From a virus (lineage: Duplodnaviria; Caudoviricetes): a stretch of 64,000 nucleotides of DNA. The DNA is taken from positions 14,330 to 78,329 of IMG/VR virus record IMGVR_UViG_3300014205_009256. One strand, written 5' to 3'. Shown here one piece after another: positions 18,364 through 28,900 of this stretch (the stretch's first letter is position 1; each line of letters begins with the position of its first letter). The translations under genes and the position numbers were made by a program. The notes under the pieces were generated by a model, which was not told the origin of the DNA, did no database searches, and saw only the letters and a program-made list of their open reading frames with translations.

Positions 18364-19778
18364 ATGAAACTTGACCAGCTTCTCAATTTCAAGCCATTGG
18401 GCTTCATCGATTCACCCATCGGCAAACTGGCTGTTTTCGCCATCTCCGTCAAGGACATGGAGTCGGTGCGCGCCAAGTCTGTCCGGGACACTGACCCTCA
18501 GGAAGTGGTTCGTCGTCTTCTCCCCTGCATCCTGCACAAAGCGGACGCGTTGAAGGACGACGGGAGCAAGCCTGACGCGCCAGGATTGACCGATGAACAG
18601 ATTCGCGGCTTGCCGGCCGACGTCGTCGAGGCGGCGTTGGGGCTCTTCATCGAACACTCGGAACACCTCTATCGGGCATTCGTCTCGAAGACGACCACCG
18701 GCGAGAAAGGTGAGCACATCACCTCCCTGGATTACGGTGACGTGCAACACCCCAAGAAGGACGGGGAGTCGAATGTCGCGTACCTCCACCGTCTCCTTGT
18801 GCTCGAGGAAGAGGAGCTGAAACGACAGTATGAGAAACTAGCGGGACCGCTGATGGGAGTGGCGCGTTTTCCGATGGCCTGGCACAGAATATAAAAAACA
18901 CGCTGCTTCTCGGCGACACGATGGCCAAGGCCTATGAGGCAATGCGCGCACCCGTGATGCCTGATCTGTCTAAGCTCATTGCGAAGCCTCTGGATATCCC
19001 GCACATCTCCACGGCTCCCAGCCTGCCCTCGATAGATTACGCGGCAATGGCCAAGAGCGCCGAGGAGGCGCGCTGGGCTCCGTTTCGAGCCGTAAACCAG
19101 CGCCTCGACCAACTCATCGAATTCGCCCGAGGTTCCGGCGAGTTCGCTGTGCAGATGAATCAGACGCAGACGCAGATTGCCGCCGAGATCAAGGCGTCAA
19201 GCGACGAATCCACGAAGATTGGCGAGGAGTCGCTGAAGGTCGCGACTGCATCCTTGAAGGTGGGGGAGGAGTCGCTGAAGGTCGGGACCGCGTCCCTGAA
19301 GATCAGCGAGGATTCGGTGAAAGCTGCCAAAGACTCGCTGAAAGTTGCACGTCTTGGATTTTGGACGACGATAGTCGTGGTCCTCCTCACCGTGATGGGC
19401 CTTGGGATAACCGCGGCAAGCTGGTGGGGCTCAGATGGGACTGCACGCAAAGCGGACGAGCATGCTGCGGGCATCATCGGCGGACTCTCGGACCTGAAGA
19501 CGGTCGTGGTGGACGAGGGGAAGGCATCCTCGCGTGGAATGACCGCGCTTCTGGATGAGCTGAAGGCGGGCCGTTTGGAGCAAAGCAAGAGGCTGGACGC
19601 AGTGCTAGCCCAACAGACGAAACTCTTCGAGTACCAGACCACCCAGCGCGCTACCGACCAGGCGATGATCGAGACCATGAGCAAACGCATCACCCAACTC
19701 GAAGAGGAGATTCGGAAACTACAGCTTCAGAGCACGTCGAGACCAGCGCAGACCGCCCCGTCGAACGCGGGAAAGTAA
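18364..19778 (+). pseudogene. Probable single gene split by a 1-nt frameshift; membrane-anchored coiled-coil protein with heptad repeats
   Basis: ORF 18364-18894 joins ORF 18921-19778 if one T is added in CGTTTTCC (~18865-18872), giving GVARFSDGLAQNIKNTLLLGDTMAK; repeats ESLKV/ASLKV; hydrophobic helix FWTTIVVVLLTVMGLGI. Confidence 0.55.
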
Positions 19779-19884
19779 CACCGCAGATGGCGCGGCCGTG
19801 CTCATGCTGAGAGTGGTTCGGCTAGGGTTGCTCCAAGGGAGTTCTCCCCAATGGTACGGATCAAACGTACCGACCAGTTAACGC

Positions 19885-19923
19885 AGAACCCCGCACCAGA
19901 GAGGTCGCGGGGTTCTTGCTTTT
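19885..19923 (+). terminator. Probable terminator
   Basis: AGAACCCCGC/GCGGGGTTCT stem followed by TGCTTTT. Confidence 0.55.
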
Positions 19924-20152
19924 GGGCCAGTATTCGCAAGGGTTTACGCGCGGAGTTCGTCGCCCCGCCTATCGTGAGATAGCGCCGAGTGCGACCGCGC
20001 GAGCGCCGATCTGCACGATCTTTTAGGGTGTGGCCCGACAACTATCAAACTATCGCCGGGGGCACCACTGCCAGTTAACAACCCGGTTGCCATCGCTCAT
20101 CCGTAGCAACCCCGCAAAACCAAGCACTACCAGCGAAGTCCTCGGCAGTTTT

Positions 20153-23100
20153 CTATATCCGTTCGACTGTCGGCCCCTCGGAGCCAATGGCTGAGAACCG
20201 ATAAAAAATAGCGCGGTCTCCAAAGTGGCGGAATTTCTGGCGGGCCAATTGAAATAGTTTGGCATCGCAAGTCGAGATTATAAATTGTCGCTTCTCTCGC
20301 TCGTCCTGAAGGAGTCCAAGAAGGAGATCCAAAAATGCGTATGTGTTAAGATCATCAAAGTGCGTTACAGGATCATCCAAGAATACGGGGGCCAAACTGG
20401 ACCAATTCTGAGAGATACACGCGGTCAGGAATAGACCAAGTAATAGTGTTTGCTGCTGTGACTGACTAAAGTAGTCGGTTGGGCGGTACTTCTTATTGTT
20501 GCGATTGACTTGCACCTTTATTGTGCCTTGCACACTTTCGATGTCGATATCGTCGAAACCGTACACCGCCCGAAGTCGTTGTTGGATGACTGATGCACGC
20601 GGCCCATACTCCTGTGTAAACCGAGCAATGGCTTTGTGTTGCTGCTGAGAAAGCACCTGGTGTATGGAACCGAAGTGTTGCAGCCACGGCTCTATTTTCG
20701 TCTTTTCTTTACGCAACCTCTCCACTTCAGTTTGCCGCGTTCTTATTGTATCTCGCACATTCCCCAATGCGGCAGCGGTCATGGCGGCATCTACTGCCAT
20801 TTCCAAATCGCGTGTCGTGTCCCGTAGCGATTCCAGTTCTGCCTGTGTACGAGTTCGGGCACGTACAATCTCCAATATGGACTCTTCCGTCACAGGTTCC
20901 GTAAGATTGAGATCCGCAAGTCGGCCAACAAGCCGGCTCCATTTCTCTCGCAAGGTCGCATGTTGCAGACGCAACGTCGCCAATTCCTGGTCCATCGTCT
21001 TACGTTCGTCAACGCATTGACGTATCGAGCCATCTACAACCGACAAGCGGGCTTGGAGGTTCTTCACTGCCGTTCGGTGATTTGAAACGTCACTATGGGC
21101 CTGCCGTCCCTGCTCCACCAAAACAGCGTCGCCCGAATCCAATGGCGCTCGACTGAATCTCGCATCATCAGTAAGCAGCTTGATCTCATCTCGTAAAAGT
21201 ATCATCCTGGCATCGTAGTCTCTGAGCGTGCGTTCCAGAGCAACGACCACATTGGCCGCGCTCTCGCACGCGGCGGCTGACTGTGCAGACTTCATTTTCG
21301 CGGTCTCGGATGATTCTCTCAGGCCAAGAAGCGTCGCCTCGTCTACAGCAATTTGGTGATGTAGCTGCGCTATTGCTGACTGCGCTTCCCCATCAACAAC
21401 AATCCCAACGGATCTGGCCGACGCCAAAATTGCGTTCGTATCAGTCTTAACTTCCATGAGGTCCGATCGCACCGTCTCAAGTCTTTCCTCCGTCATTCTT
21501 TGCTCGTCCTTGATGCCCGTAATCTGAGCATGCATCCGCTTCACCGCCTCCGCAACCACAAGTAATTCTTCCCTAGCCGAACTCGCCTCGTCCGATTGAA
21601 GTCGCTGCGAAATACGGCTCAACAGATGATCCTTCGACTCATGCTCTTCGCCGCATAGTGGACATATCCCATCAACTATGTGGGATTGCAGAGCCAAGAG
21701 TAAGCTTTTGAACTCGGATTGATTCTGCTCCGTTTGGGCGACCGTACGCGCTAGTATTTGCTCTTCTGATTGGGCCTTGGCAAGAAGATGGTGCAATTGA
21801 TCCGCTTTCGTCGCAGCCAAATCGCGTGTAGTAATGAGAGTCTGAACAAGAGTTTCCAAACGCTTCTGTCTGTCGAGATTGGCCTGCAACCTAAGCAAAT
21901 CAGTGGCAATTCTGCCTAACTGCGATAGTGCCCCCTCTTGCTTGGTGACGCGTTCTCCCATTTGCGTAACTTCACCTTGCACTCTTTGCTGATCAATCTG
22001 TGCGCGAGCCACTTCCTGTCGAGCGTTGTAAAGCTCGGCTTGAGCGCGCCCAATTGTATCTGTCAATAATTTGCGGTCCTGAAGGAATCGTGCATAATCA
22101 GATCGCTTCTCTTGGCACCAATCCCATGCTTCGGCAAGCTGCAACGCGGAAGCTAATTGCGATTGCTCATTTGACAATTGTTTTGCACACTCATCACGTT
22201 CTGTAGCCCGTTGCCGCGCATTGGCGTCGAGCGTGGAACGCCGGTGTCCGCCGTCCTTGAGATGTTCGTCAACCCTCTTTAATTCGGCGTGAGTGTCTTT
22301 GTTCTCGGCCAGTTCATGCGAAAGTGACGAGAGACGGTCGCGATAGCTCTGCGTCTGGGCGATACGAGACTCAAGTGCTGCACGCCAACCGCGAAGCACG
22401 GTGGCATCCGGTTTCTCGTCGGGTTTTGCTATGCCTTGCTCTTGGAGTCGCCCTTGAAGTTGAGCAAGTTCATCATCCAATGTAGCGACATTACCTGCGG
22501 CCTCTGCAGAGCGTTGCAGTTTCGCTATATTATTTTTGTCTTGTGCAATTAAGTCCTCCAGAGCCTCCAGAGCATTGCTTTTGCTGACTAGCTCGCTATT
22601 GATAACTTCTTGAACTCCGAGTGACTTGCTTAACGCATTCGTGTAATCGTCAAACGCCAGCATACGCGAAACAATTTCCGCTGGAAGACGGCAGTCATTT
22701 TGAAACTCCCGCATAAGTTCCTGTTGCTCTTGGCTAAACAGATGTGTTGCCCGGAACAAACTAACCATGTGTTCGATTCGGCTCGAAGACTGGAGGCCGG
22801 TCACCGCTGAAAGCACCGCTTTACGATCCGCCATATTATTGTCAAGTAGGGCATTCTTTCTTTCCGCAAGTTTGCGTGACAACTTTAAAGTGTGATCCCC
22901 TTGGACAACCTGCAAATCAACAGCACCATCTTCACCAGAGGCGTCGAGATGCTGTGTTAGGCGAAGAAACCTTGCATCGTCGGCAGGTTCAAATCTCCCG
23001 ATTCCGCCCGTTACCGCAAAATCAATGGCATCAAAGAAGGAAGTCTTGCCAAAACCGTTAGGGCCATACAGGACTGTCACAGCACTTCCAATATCAAATT

Positions 23101-23758
23101 CCTGTGTCTCACGGTAAGCGCGGAAGTTGCGAATGGCCACGCTCTTCAACTGAATTGGCGATGCCGTTTCACCAACAATTTGCGGTTGTAACTCGGGAGT
23201 TGGTCCCAATGAATGCGGTTCGCCAAATTGCCCAATGAGACAGTCCTGCACGATTCGCCCTGCACTTCTAGTGTGTGGGGCAACAAGATACCTCGCCAAA
23301 TCAGTGGGCATCCCATATTGATGAAGCAGTGCCAATGCGGACGGAGGACGCAACGAAACATCGTGAAGTGGTGTCAACGGCAGGAATGGCAAGCGTGACA
23401 CTGATGGTGGTACGTGAGATGATAATCGCAGAACGAACTTTCGACAGAAAAATACGTCCGTCTCAATCTGCGACCACAACCGCTCAATGCCTTTGAGTTC
23501 CGGGTTTATGCAGAGCACAAAGGCCAAGTCGAATCTGTCCCACTCACCTTTGGATTCCCTGTATTTACGTTTGAATGCTCCAATCAGTGATTCGTAGCTC
23601 GCCATCAGGTCGGAGCCAGCAAATCCGAAGGCGGTCCTCAAGTACTGGGTGCTTAACAACAAGAGTGGTTGTTGCGCATCGTCCACGGCGAGCTTCTCGG
23701 TCTTTGCGCCGGGAAGAACGCTTTTCAAATGCTCCGTTAGGGCGTCTTGGGTTGCCAT
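20153..23758 (-). CDS. Rad50/SMC-like ABC ATPase with extra N-terminal ~200-aa domain (LmuB-like, possible middle-component fusion)
   Basis: Walker A GPNGFGKT, long coiled coils, CPLC zinc hook, FSQSQQQ signature, Walker B FLDDP; N-terminal IETDVFFCRKFVL...SRLPFLPL. Confidence 0.8.
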   Translation of the reverse strand: MATQDALTEHLKSVLPGAKTEKLAVDDAQQPLLLLSTQYLRTAFGFAGSDLMASYESLIGAFKRKYRESKGEWDRFDLAFVLCINPELKGIERLWSQIETDVFFCRKFVLRLSSHVPPSVSRLPFLPLTPLHDVSLRPPSALALLHQYGMPTDLARYLVAPHTRSAGRIVQDCLIGQFGEPHSLGPTPELQPQIVGETASPIQLKSVAIRNFRAYRETQEFDIGSAVTVLYGPNGFGKTSFFDAIDFAVTGGIGRFEPADDARFLRLTQHLDASGEDGAVDLQVVQGDHTLKLSRKLAERKNALLDNNMADRKAVLSAVTGLQSSSRIEHMVSLFRATHLFSQEQQELMREFQNDCRLPAEIVSRMLAFDDYTNALSKSLGVQEVINSELVSKSNALEALEDLIAQDKNNIAKLQRSAEAAGNVATLDDELAQLQGRLQEQGIAKPDEKPDATVLRGWRAALESRIAQTQSYRDRLSSLSHELAENKDTHAELKRVDEHLKDGGHRRSTLDANARQRATERDECAKQLSNEQSQLASALQLAEAWDWCQEKRSDYARFLQDRKLLTDTIGRAQAELYNARQEVARAQIDQQRVQGEVTQMGERVTKQEGALSQLGRIATDLLRLQANLDRQKRLETLVQTLITTRDLAATKADQLHHLLAKAQSEEQILARTVAQTEQNQSEFKSLLLALQSHIVDGICPLCGEEHESKDHLLSRISQRLQSDEASSAREELLVVAEAVKRMHAQITGIKDEQRMTEERLETVRSDLMEVKTDTNAILASARSVGIVVDGEAQSAIAQLHHQIAVDEATLLGLRESSETAKMKSAQSAAACESAANVVVALERTLRDYDARMILLRDEIKLLTDDARFSRAPLDSGDAVLVEQGRQAHSDVSNHRTAVKNLQARLSVVDGSIRQCVDERKTMDQELATLRLQHATLREKWSRLVGRLADLNLTEPVTEESILEIVRARTRTQAELESLRDTTRDLEMAVDAAMTAAALGNVRDTIRTRQTEVERLRKEKTKIEPWLQHFGSIHQVLSQQQHKAIARFTQEYGPRASVIQQRLRAVYGFDDIDIESVQGTIKVQVNRNNKKYRPTDYFSQSQQQTLLLGLFLTACISQNWSSLAPVFLDDPVTHFDDLNTYAFLDLLLGLLQDEREKRQFIISTCDAKLFQLARQKFRHFGDRAIFYRFSAIGSEGPTVERI

Positions 23759-23762
23759 CGTA

Positions 23763-25553
23763 TCACGAGGAAAGGGCGTCATTGAACCCTCCTGATATAT
23801 CGTTTGCAGTATTTGCGGTCCGAAACAGCGTCAACAGATTCTGGTAGCCAAAATGAAACATTCCGCTCCACGGATCAGTAATGTCGCGGTCAGTTTGCAC
23901 CTGCTGCGCCAGCCGCGTGAGGAAGTTGCCGTAGACTTGAAGCCATTCCGTGTTGTCAGGATCACGGGTTACGAGAAGCATAGGTCGGTTTGGTGATAGC
24001 GCGAGTTGTTGCGCGTGCGTAATGCATTTCTCATGAGTCTGCCCGGTAACTGCGAGAACATCTACTACAACGCCTCGAATTTCGATGGACGCGTGTACGC
24101 TACCAACACCCACCGACAACACCTCGAAGCCGACACGCAGAATATCGACTGAGTTGAGAACGTGTTGCAAAGCGCTGGATTCCGCGTCCCGCCATTCGTC
24201 TGCCGTTGCCGCTGTCGCTCCTTGGGTCGCCATCTTTATTACGTGATTTACGTCCATGGCGCTGATAGATCTCAACGACAGAACATTGCTCCCATGAGCG
24301 TCAGCGACTTGGGCCACAAGAGGCGCGTTCCCATATTGGTCCGAGAGCTTGGGAATCTCGTCAAGCTCGTCATTAAACCATTTCACGCAGGCTGGCACCT
24401 CGGCTCCGGGCGCTCGAACATCCCGTTGACCACCCACTGGATAAACCCGTGCATACTCCAATGGCAGTGCGCGTCCTCCTGCGCCAGGAACTAGTGAGCC
24501 AGGGTTGACTAACGCGAAGGAGTGGATGCATGCACCTCCTTCACGAAAGTAATTGTCACATAACGTATTCAGTATCTCGCTGCCACCTCGATACCGCGTG
24601 CCGGCGGCGGCATAGGTTGGAACGCACGTCGGATCACAAAACCCCGAACGATTTGAGAAAACCACACTGCAACCACCGTAGGTCGTCACACGCGATGGTT
24701 TTGGAGCGCCCGCGTTGTTTGCAAAAACGATCCCGGCTCGATCTCGCAGGGCGTTAGGAAATTGTGTCTGATCGAAGAAACGTGTCACTTCGGTCAGGAA
24801 TGCTGTATGGGATGGCTTCTTGTTGCGTTGAATGACAAAAAGCCAAGACAGAGGCAACTGGCAGCCGATCGCCTCGTCATGGATCGCCCGCAGTAACCAG
24901 TCGGGAGCTCTGAGCATATCAATAGTAGATACCCAGTCAAAGCAGATGAGCGTACCGAAGCGAAATGGTGTTTCGTTGTCCAATAGTCCCTTGAACAAGA
25001 AAATGGAATGCCCCTTAAACATGTACTGGTAGTTGGTGTCCATTTCCGGCCAAGCAGGATGCAGCTTAGGTTGAACCCATCGTTCAACAACACCTTCAGC
25101 GGATTTGATCCACGTGACTGCGCAGTTAACCCATTCATCCGTTTGAACATGAACAGGACCGTTACGACCTTCGTCAACGTGCGTATTTTCCTCATTCAGT
25201 ATCTGTGTATATTCTTCGCGGGTTAGAGCGTCGACACCTCCCACCACGACAGTAGCACAGGGCCACTCTGCCTCGGAAATGGCGTCTTCAATTAATTGGA
25301 TACCATCAATGCCGGGGATTGAGTATTCAGGAAATAGCGTAAAGTGTGTTTTTTCGCAATGGTGAGATGGATTCTTGGAAATGGCCAGCACCTCTCTGAT
25401 CATAGCCATCTGTTGTGGTTTTGATTCTACTGTGCAACGAAAAGGCTCCGCCGCTGTTAGTGTGACATATGGCTGCGCTACCACAACGCCAACGCGATCC
25501 GCTGGCAGTATCACGCCACGCAGGGAAAGATCGATTGTCTCGATGTGGATCAT
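23763..25553 (-). CDS. Nitrilase/carbon-nitrogen hydrolase fold protein with unknown C-terminal domain (candidate Lamassu effector)
   Basis: E-K-C triad motifs LFPEYS, QPKLHP, LICFDW; stop 4 nt before the ATPase ATG; ORF may begin at 25643. Confidence 0.7.
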   Translation of the reverse strand: MIHIETIDLSLRGVILPADRVGVVVAQPYVTLTAAEPFRCTVESKPQQMAMIREVLAISKNPSHHCEKTHFTLFPEYSIPGIDGIQLIEDAISEAEWPCATVVVGGVDALTREEYTQILNEENTHVDEGRNGPVHVQTDEWVNCAVTWIKSAEGVVERWVQPKLHPAWPEMDTNYQYMFKGHSIFLFKGLLDNETPFRFGTLICFDWVSTIDMLRAPDWLLRAIHDEAIGCQLPLSWLFVIQRNKKPSHTAFLTEVTRFFDQTQFPNALRDRAGIVFANNAGAPKPSRVTTYGGCSVVFSNRSGFCDPTCVPTYAAAGTRYRGGSEILNTLCDNYFREGGACIHSFALVNPGSLVPGAGGRALPLEYARVYPVGGQRDVRAPGAEVPACVKWFNDELDEIPKLSDQYGNAPLVAQVADAHGSNVLSLRSISAMDVNHVIKMATQGATAATADEWRDAESSALQHVLNSVDILRVGFEVLSVGVGSVHASIEIRGVVVDVLAVTGQTHEKCITHAQQLALSPNRPMLLVTRDPDNTEWLQVYGNFLTRLAQQVQTDRDITDPWSGMFHFGYQNLLTLFRTANTANDISGGFNDALSS

Positions 25554-25658
25554 TGCCAGCTGTTTCCCATGGGAAGGCGGTATCTTCAGAAAGGGAACGC
25601 CTGCCCACCTTGTTAAGTCAACACCCCCAGCTAAGTACCGCATCGCTGGTTGACAGGC

Positions 25659-25687
25659 ATTGTAATAGGAAAACCGGTCTTTGACAG
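25659..25687 (-). promoter_or_regulatory. Candidate promoter for the nitrilase-ATPase operon
   Basis: CTGTCA-17 nt-TACAAT on minus strand; TTGACAGG repeated at 25650 and 25681. Confidence 0.4.
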
Positions 25688-25710
25688 GTAGAGGGAGCGG
25701 CCCATGCTGA

Positions 25711-25738
25711 CCAAGGGCAGGTCGTTGCGGGCGTCGCC
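25711..25738 (+). repeat. 28-bp imperfect direct repeat, copy 1
   Basis: CCAAGGGCAGGTCGTTGCGGGCGTCGCC; 26/28 identical to 31057-31084. Confidence 0.8.
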
Positions 25739-25757
25739 ATGCAACGGCAGCCGCTGC

Positions 25758-25991
25758 TTAGACAGACGGTTTCACGTCAACGTATTCCGCTAGGCGAAGG
25801 GCCTTTCTGATCTCGGTCCCGTATGACTCGTTGATGCCGGCCGCGATAGCGATGGTTTTGCATGCAACCCCCGCAGCTGCAATTTCCCGAGCATACTTGA
25901 TGCCGAAGAGGTGGATCATGACGACATGGTCTCCATCCGGAGCATTGTGGTACATGGCGTGCAACTGAGATGCTAATTCTTGTAAGGTCAT
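25758..25991 (-). CDS. Small HTH-like protein
   Basis: 77 aa, HLFGIKYA motif, start overlaps stop of the type ISP gene. Confidence 0.65.
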   Translation of the reverse strand: MTLQELASQLHAMYHNAPDGDHVVMIHLFGIKYAREIAAAGVACKTIAIAAGINESYGTEIRKALRLAEYVDVKPSV

Positions 25992-28900
25992 GCGGGTCTC
26001 TCATTCAGCGCCGGTAATGCGTTGACGATCTTCATGGTTTCGATGCTGACGCGTGTGACACGGGCGATCAGATCGACGATGTAGCGCGGGTTGTCGTGTT
26101 CCCTGCACCAGTCGTTGGGATCGTTGACGATGCCGCTGTCCTTGTCGCGGGTGACTTGATACCGCTCCATGATCCATTCGAGGGCGGGCTTGCCGTTGAC
26201 CACATACTCATATGCCTCCAGCGGTATGTGCGAAATGGTGAGATGGCTGTTGTAGATGATCCGCGTCTTGTCGTATTTGTCACCCGCCTCTTTCTGCTCG
26301 GCACTGGGGCGGGCGAAGGTCATCTTCTTCACTTTGAAAAGCTCGTCGGGGTCGAGAGCCAGTTTGTCCACGTTCTCCACCAGCGGCCACGGCTCGACGG
26401 TTTCGTAATTCAAATGCCACTCGGCCAGTGACCGGCCCGCCTTGCTGAATGCCCAGAAATCTTCCGTCTCTTTCGTCAGCGGAATGCGCGGCAGCATCTT
26501 CTTCAGGTCAGCCGCGAAACGCTCCCGATATTCAGGACTGTGCAGAATGCCATAGACGTAATAGAAGATGTCCTCTTTGCTCACCTTTTTGCCGTAAGCA
26601 TTGCGGAACGTTTTCAGTATCCCATCCGTGATCGCATCCCGACGACGATAGCCGTCAATGATCTCGCCGTCATCGAAGCCCAGCTTGCCGATGTCTTCGA
26701 CCTTCTCGTAGAGGTAGAGGGGGAAGCATTGACCTTTTGAAATCAGTTCGTAGTCCGGCAGTGTGTCCACCATCAACGTCGAGAACTCTTTTGTAGACCC
26801 ACGGCTGTCAACGCTTATAGCAAGGTTCGGATGTCGTCCTTGAGGAAACAGCGAAGGGATGCGCGCCGGATATTCATTTAATGTTCTGTCATAATAAAGC
26901 CATTGCTTGGCATAAGGCCGATAGATGCTTTGAAGTGCCGCGTCAGACCGAAACTCGATTGTGTTGCCGGATACAAGGTCGTTCTTAAGCCCGCGTGACC
27001 AAGAGATGCGTTTGGGGTCGGTACATATCGCCGAATTGATCGCATCGGCTCGCTTCGATTTATCCATGCCTACGATAATCTCGGAAACGACTATCAAGTC
27101 GGCGGAGTATGTATCGAGCATGCGCCGTACATTGGCATTGAGCGCTTCCCTGCCGAAGTTGTAACACCACTTGTCTCTGGCCGTTAGCAGCCCTTGTGTG
27201 TAGTCAGCAAAATACGGTGTACCTGTCTCGTCGCGCTTGTTGCCCAAAGGAGTGAACAACTCGAACGCCGGATCGCGTTGGTTGATCCAGTCGTGTTCGG
27301 GATTGGGTTTGATCTTCGTCCACTTGGCTTGCTTGGCGAGGCCGTCGATGCTGGCGAAGCGACGGATGATTTTGAGTTTTTCATCGCGGCTGAGGTAGTC
27401 GCCGATGTCGTGGTAGTGAAGTTTGCACTTGCTCTTGTGGGCGGGGTTTTTGATAAGGAGTGTGATGGCGATGGGAGCGCGGGAGCCGGAGCCAAAGATT
27501 TTGCCGCCTTCCTGTCGGGAGGTTTCGCCGGAAGTGCGCTGATTGCCGCGCAAGTTGAAAATATAGACGCTGGTGAATTCGTCGGCGAGGCAGGCGCGGA
27601 GGCCATCCATGTTATTGGCGTCGATGAATGAGCCGTTCGTGACGAAGCCGACGACGCCCTTGTCATTGATACGGTCGCTGGCCCAGCGGATGGCGCGGAT
27701 ATAGCTGTCGTATAGGTTTTTGACGTTTGGGGCGTTCGATTTGTCAGCGTAGGTTCCGCGGATCCGGGAGTCGAGGGCCGGGTAATCAAGATTGGCGTTG
27801 TCGTCGTTCGCGCTCTGCTGCTGAGCCGAGTACGGCGGATTGGCGATGACAACCCGGATGGGGCTTTGTTGCTGGCGCTTCGCGCGTTTGGAGTTTTCGG
27901 GGAAAGTGCCGGCGATCTGGCCTTGTTTGGCTTCGTAAAGTTGGAAGGTATCTGTGAGCACAATCCCCTCAAAGGGTTCGTATTGCGTCTTTTTCTCGTC
28001 CGTGGTCATCAGGCCGTGGAAGGTTTCTTCGATGTTGATGGCGGCGATGTAGTAGGCGAGGAGGACGATTTCGTTGGCGTGGAGTTCGTTCTTGTATTTG
28101 TGGAGGAGTTTGTCGGGGGGGATGAGGCCGGATTGCAGGAGGCGGACAAGGAACGTGCCGGTTCCGGTGAAGGGGTCGATGATGTGGACATCTTTTTCAC
28201 CAAGCCCGGAGTTGAACTCGTCGCGGAGAATGTCCTGTACGGAATGGATGATGAAATCGACGACCTCAACGGGGGTATAGACGATGCCCAGCCGTTCGGC
28301 CATGCGGGGGAAGGCGTTCTTGAAAAACTCTTCGTACAGTTCGATGACGACTTTCTGGCGGGCTTCGGCGTTGTCCAGACCCTTGGCGCGGTCGCGGACG
28401 GATTCGTAAAACTTTTCGAGGGTGGAAGCTTCCTTCTCGATGGACTTTTCATGCAGAAGGTCCAGCATTTTCTGCATCGACTGGCTGACGGGGTTGTGGG
28501 CTGTGAAAGTGTAGTGGGCGAACAGCGCATCGAAGACGGGTTTGGTGATCGAATGCTGCGCGAGCATTTCGATGGCATCTTCACGCGAGACGGCGGGGTT
28601 GAGGTTTTGTTGCAGACCTTGGAGAAACTCGGCGAAGGCCTGTTTATGCGGCGAATGCTTGTCGTCGATGAGTGCTTTGATGCGGGTGATATGTTGTTCG
28701 GCGATGCGGGCAATGTCACGGGCCCAGGTTTCCCAATAGGCACGGTCGCCGCACTTCTTGACCATCTTGGCGTAGATGGCGTCTTTCCATTCGTCGAGGT
28801 GGGGGAAGGCGAATGCGCCCTGAATCTCGCGGAGCTTGGGTTTGGAATCACCTGATGATTTCGGCGTGTCAGATGCCTCACGCGGGTCGCCCACGCCGAT

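Larger units (their letters stand above)
1..20067 (-). mobile_element. Left phage/ICE-like element (partial): recombination, sigma and regulatory genes plus R-M cargo
   Basis: Co-oriented DUF669, AAA_24, PD-(D/E)XK, sigma and XRE/ImmA genes typical of phage early modules; right boundary only tentatively placed at a tRNA-3'-like sequence at 20054-20067. Confidence 0.6.

Noticed and set aside
20161-20186. GTTCGACT...CCTCGGAGCCA resembling a tRNA 3' half or att site
   Set aside because: It is the antisense of the ATPase C-terminal codons (IGSEGPTVER), and T-arm spacing is off by two bases
23763-25643. Reverse transcriptase-linked nitrilase defence system
   Set aside because: No RT motif such as YADD in this or neighbouring genes; the partner is an SMC-like ATPase
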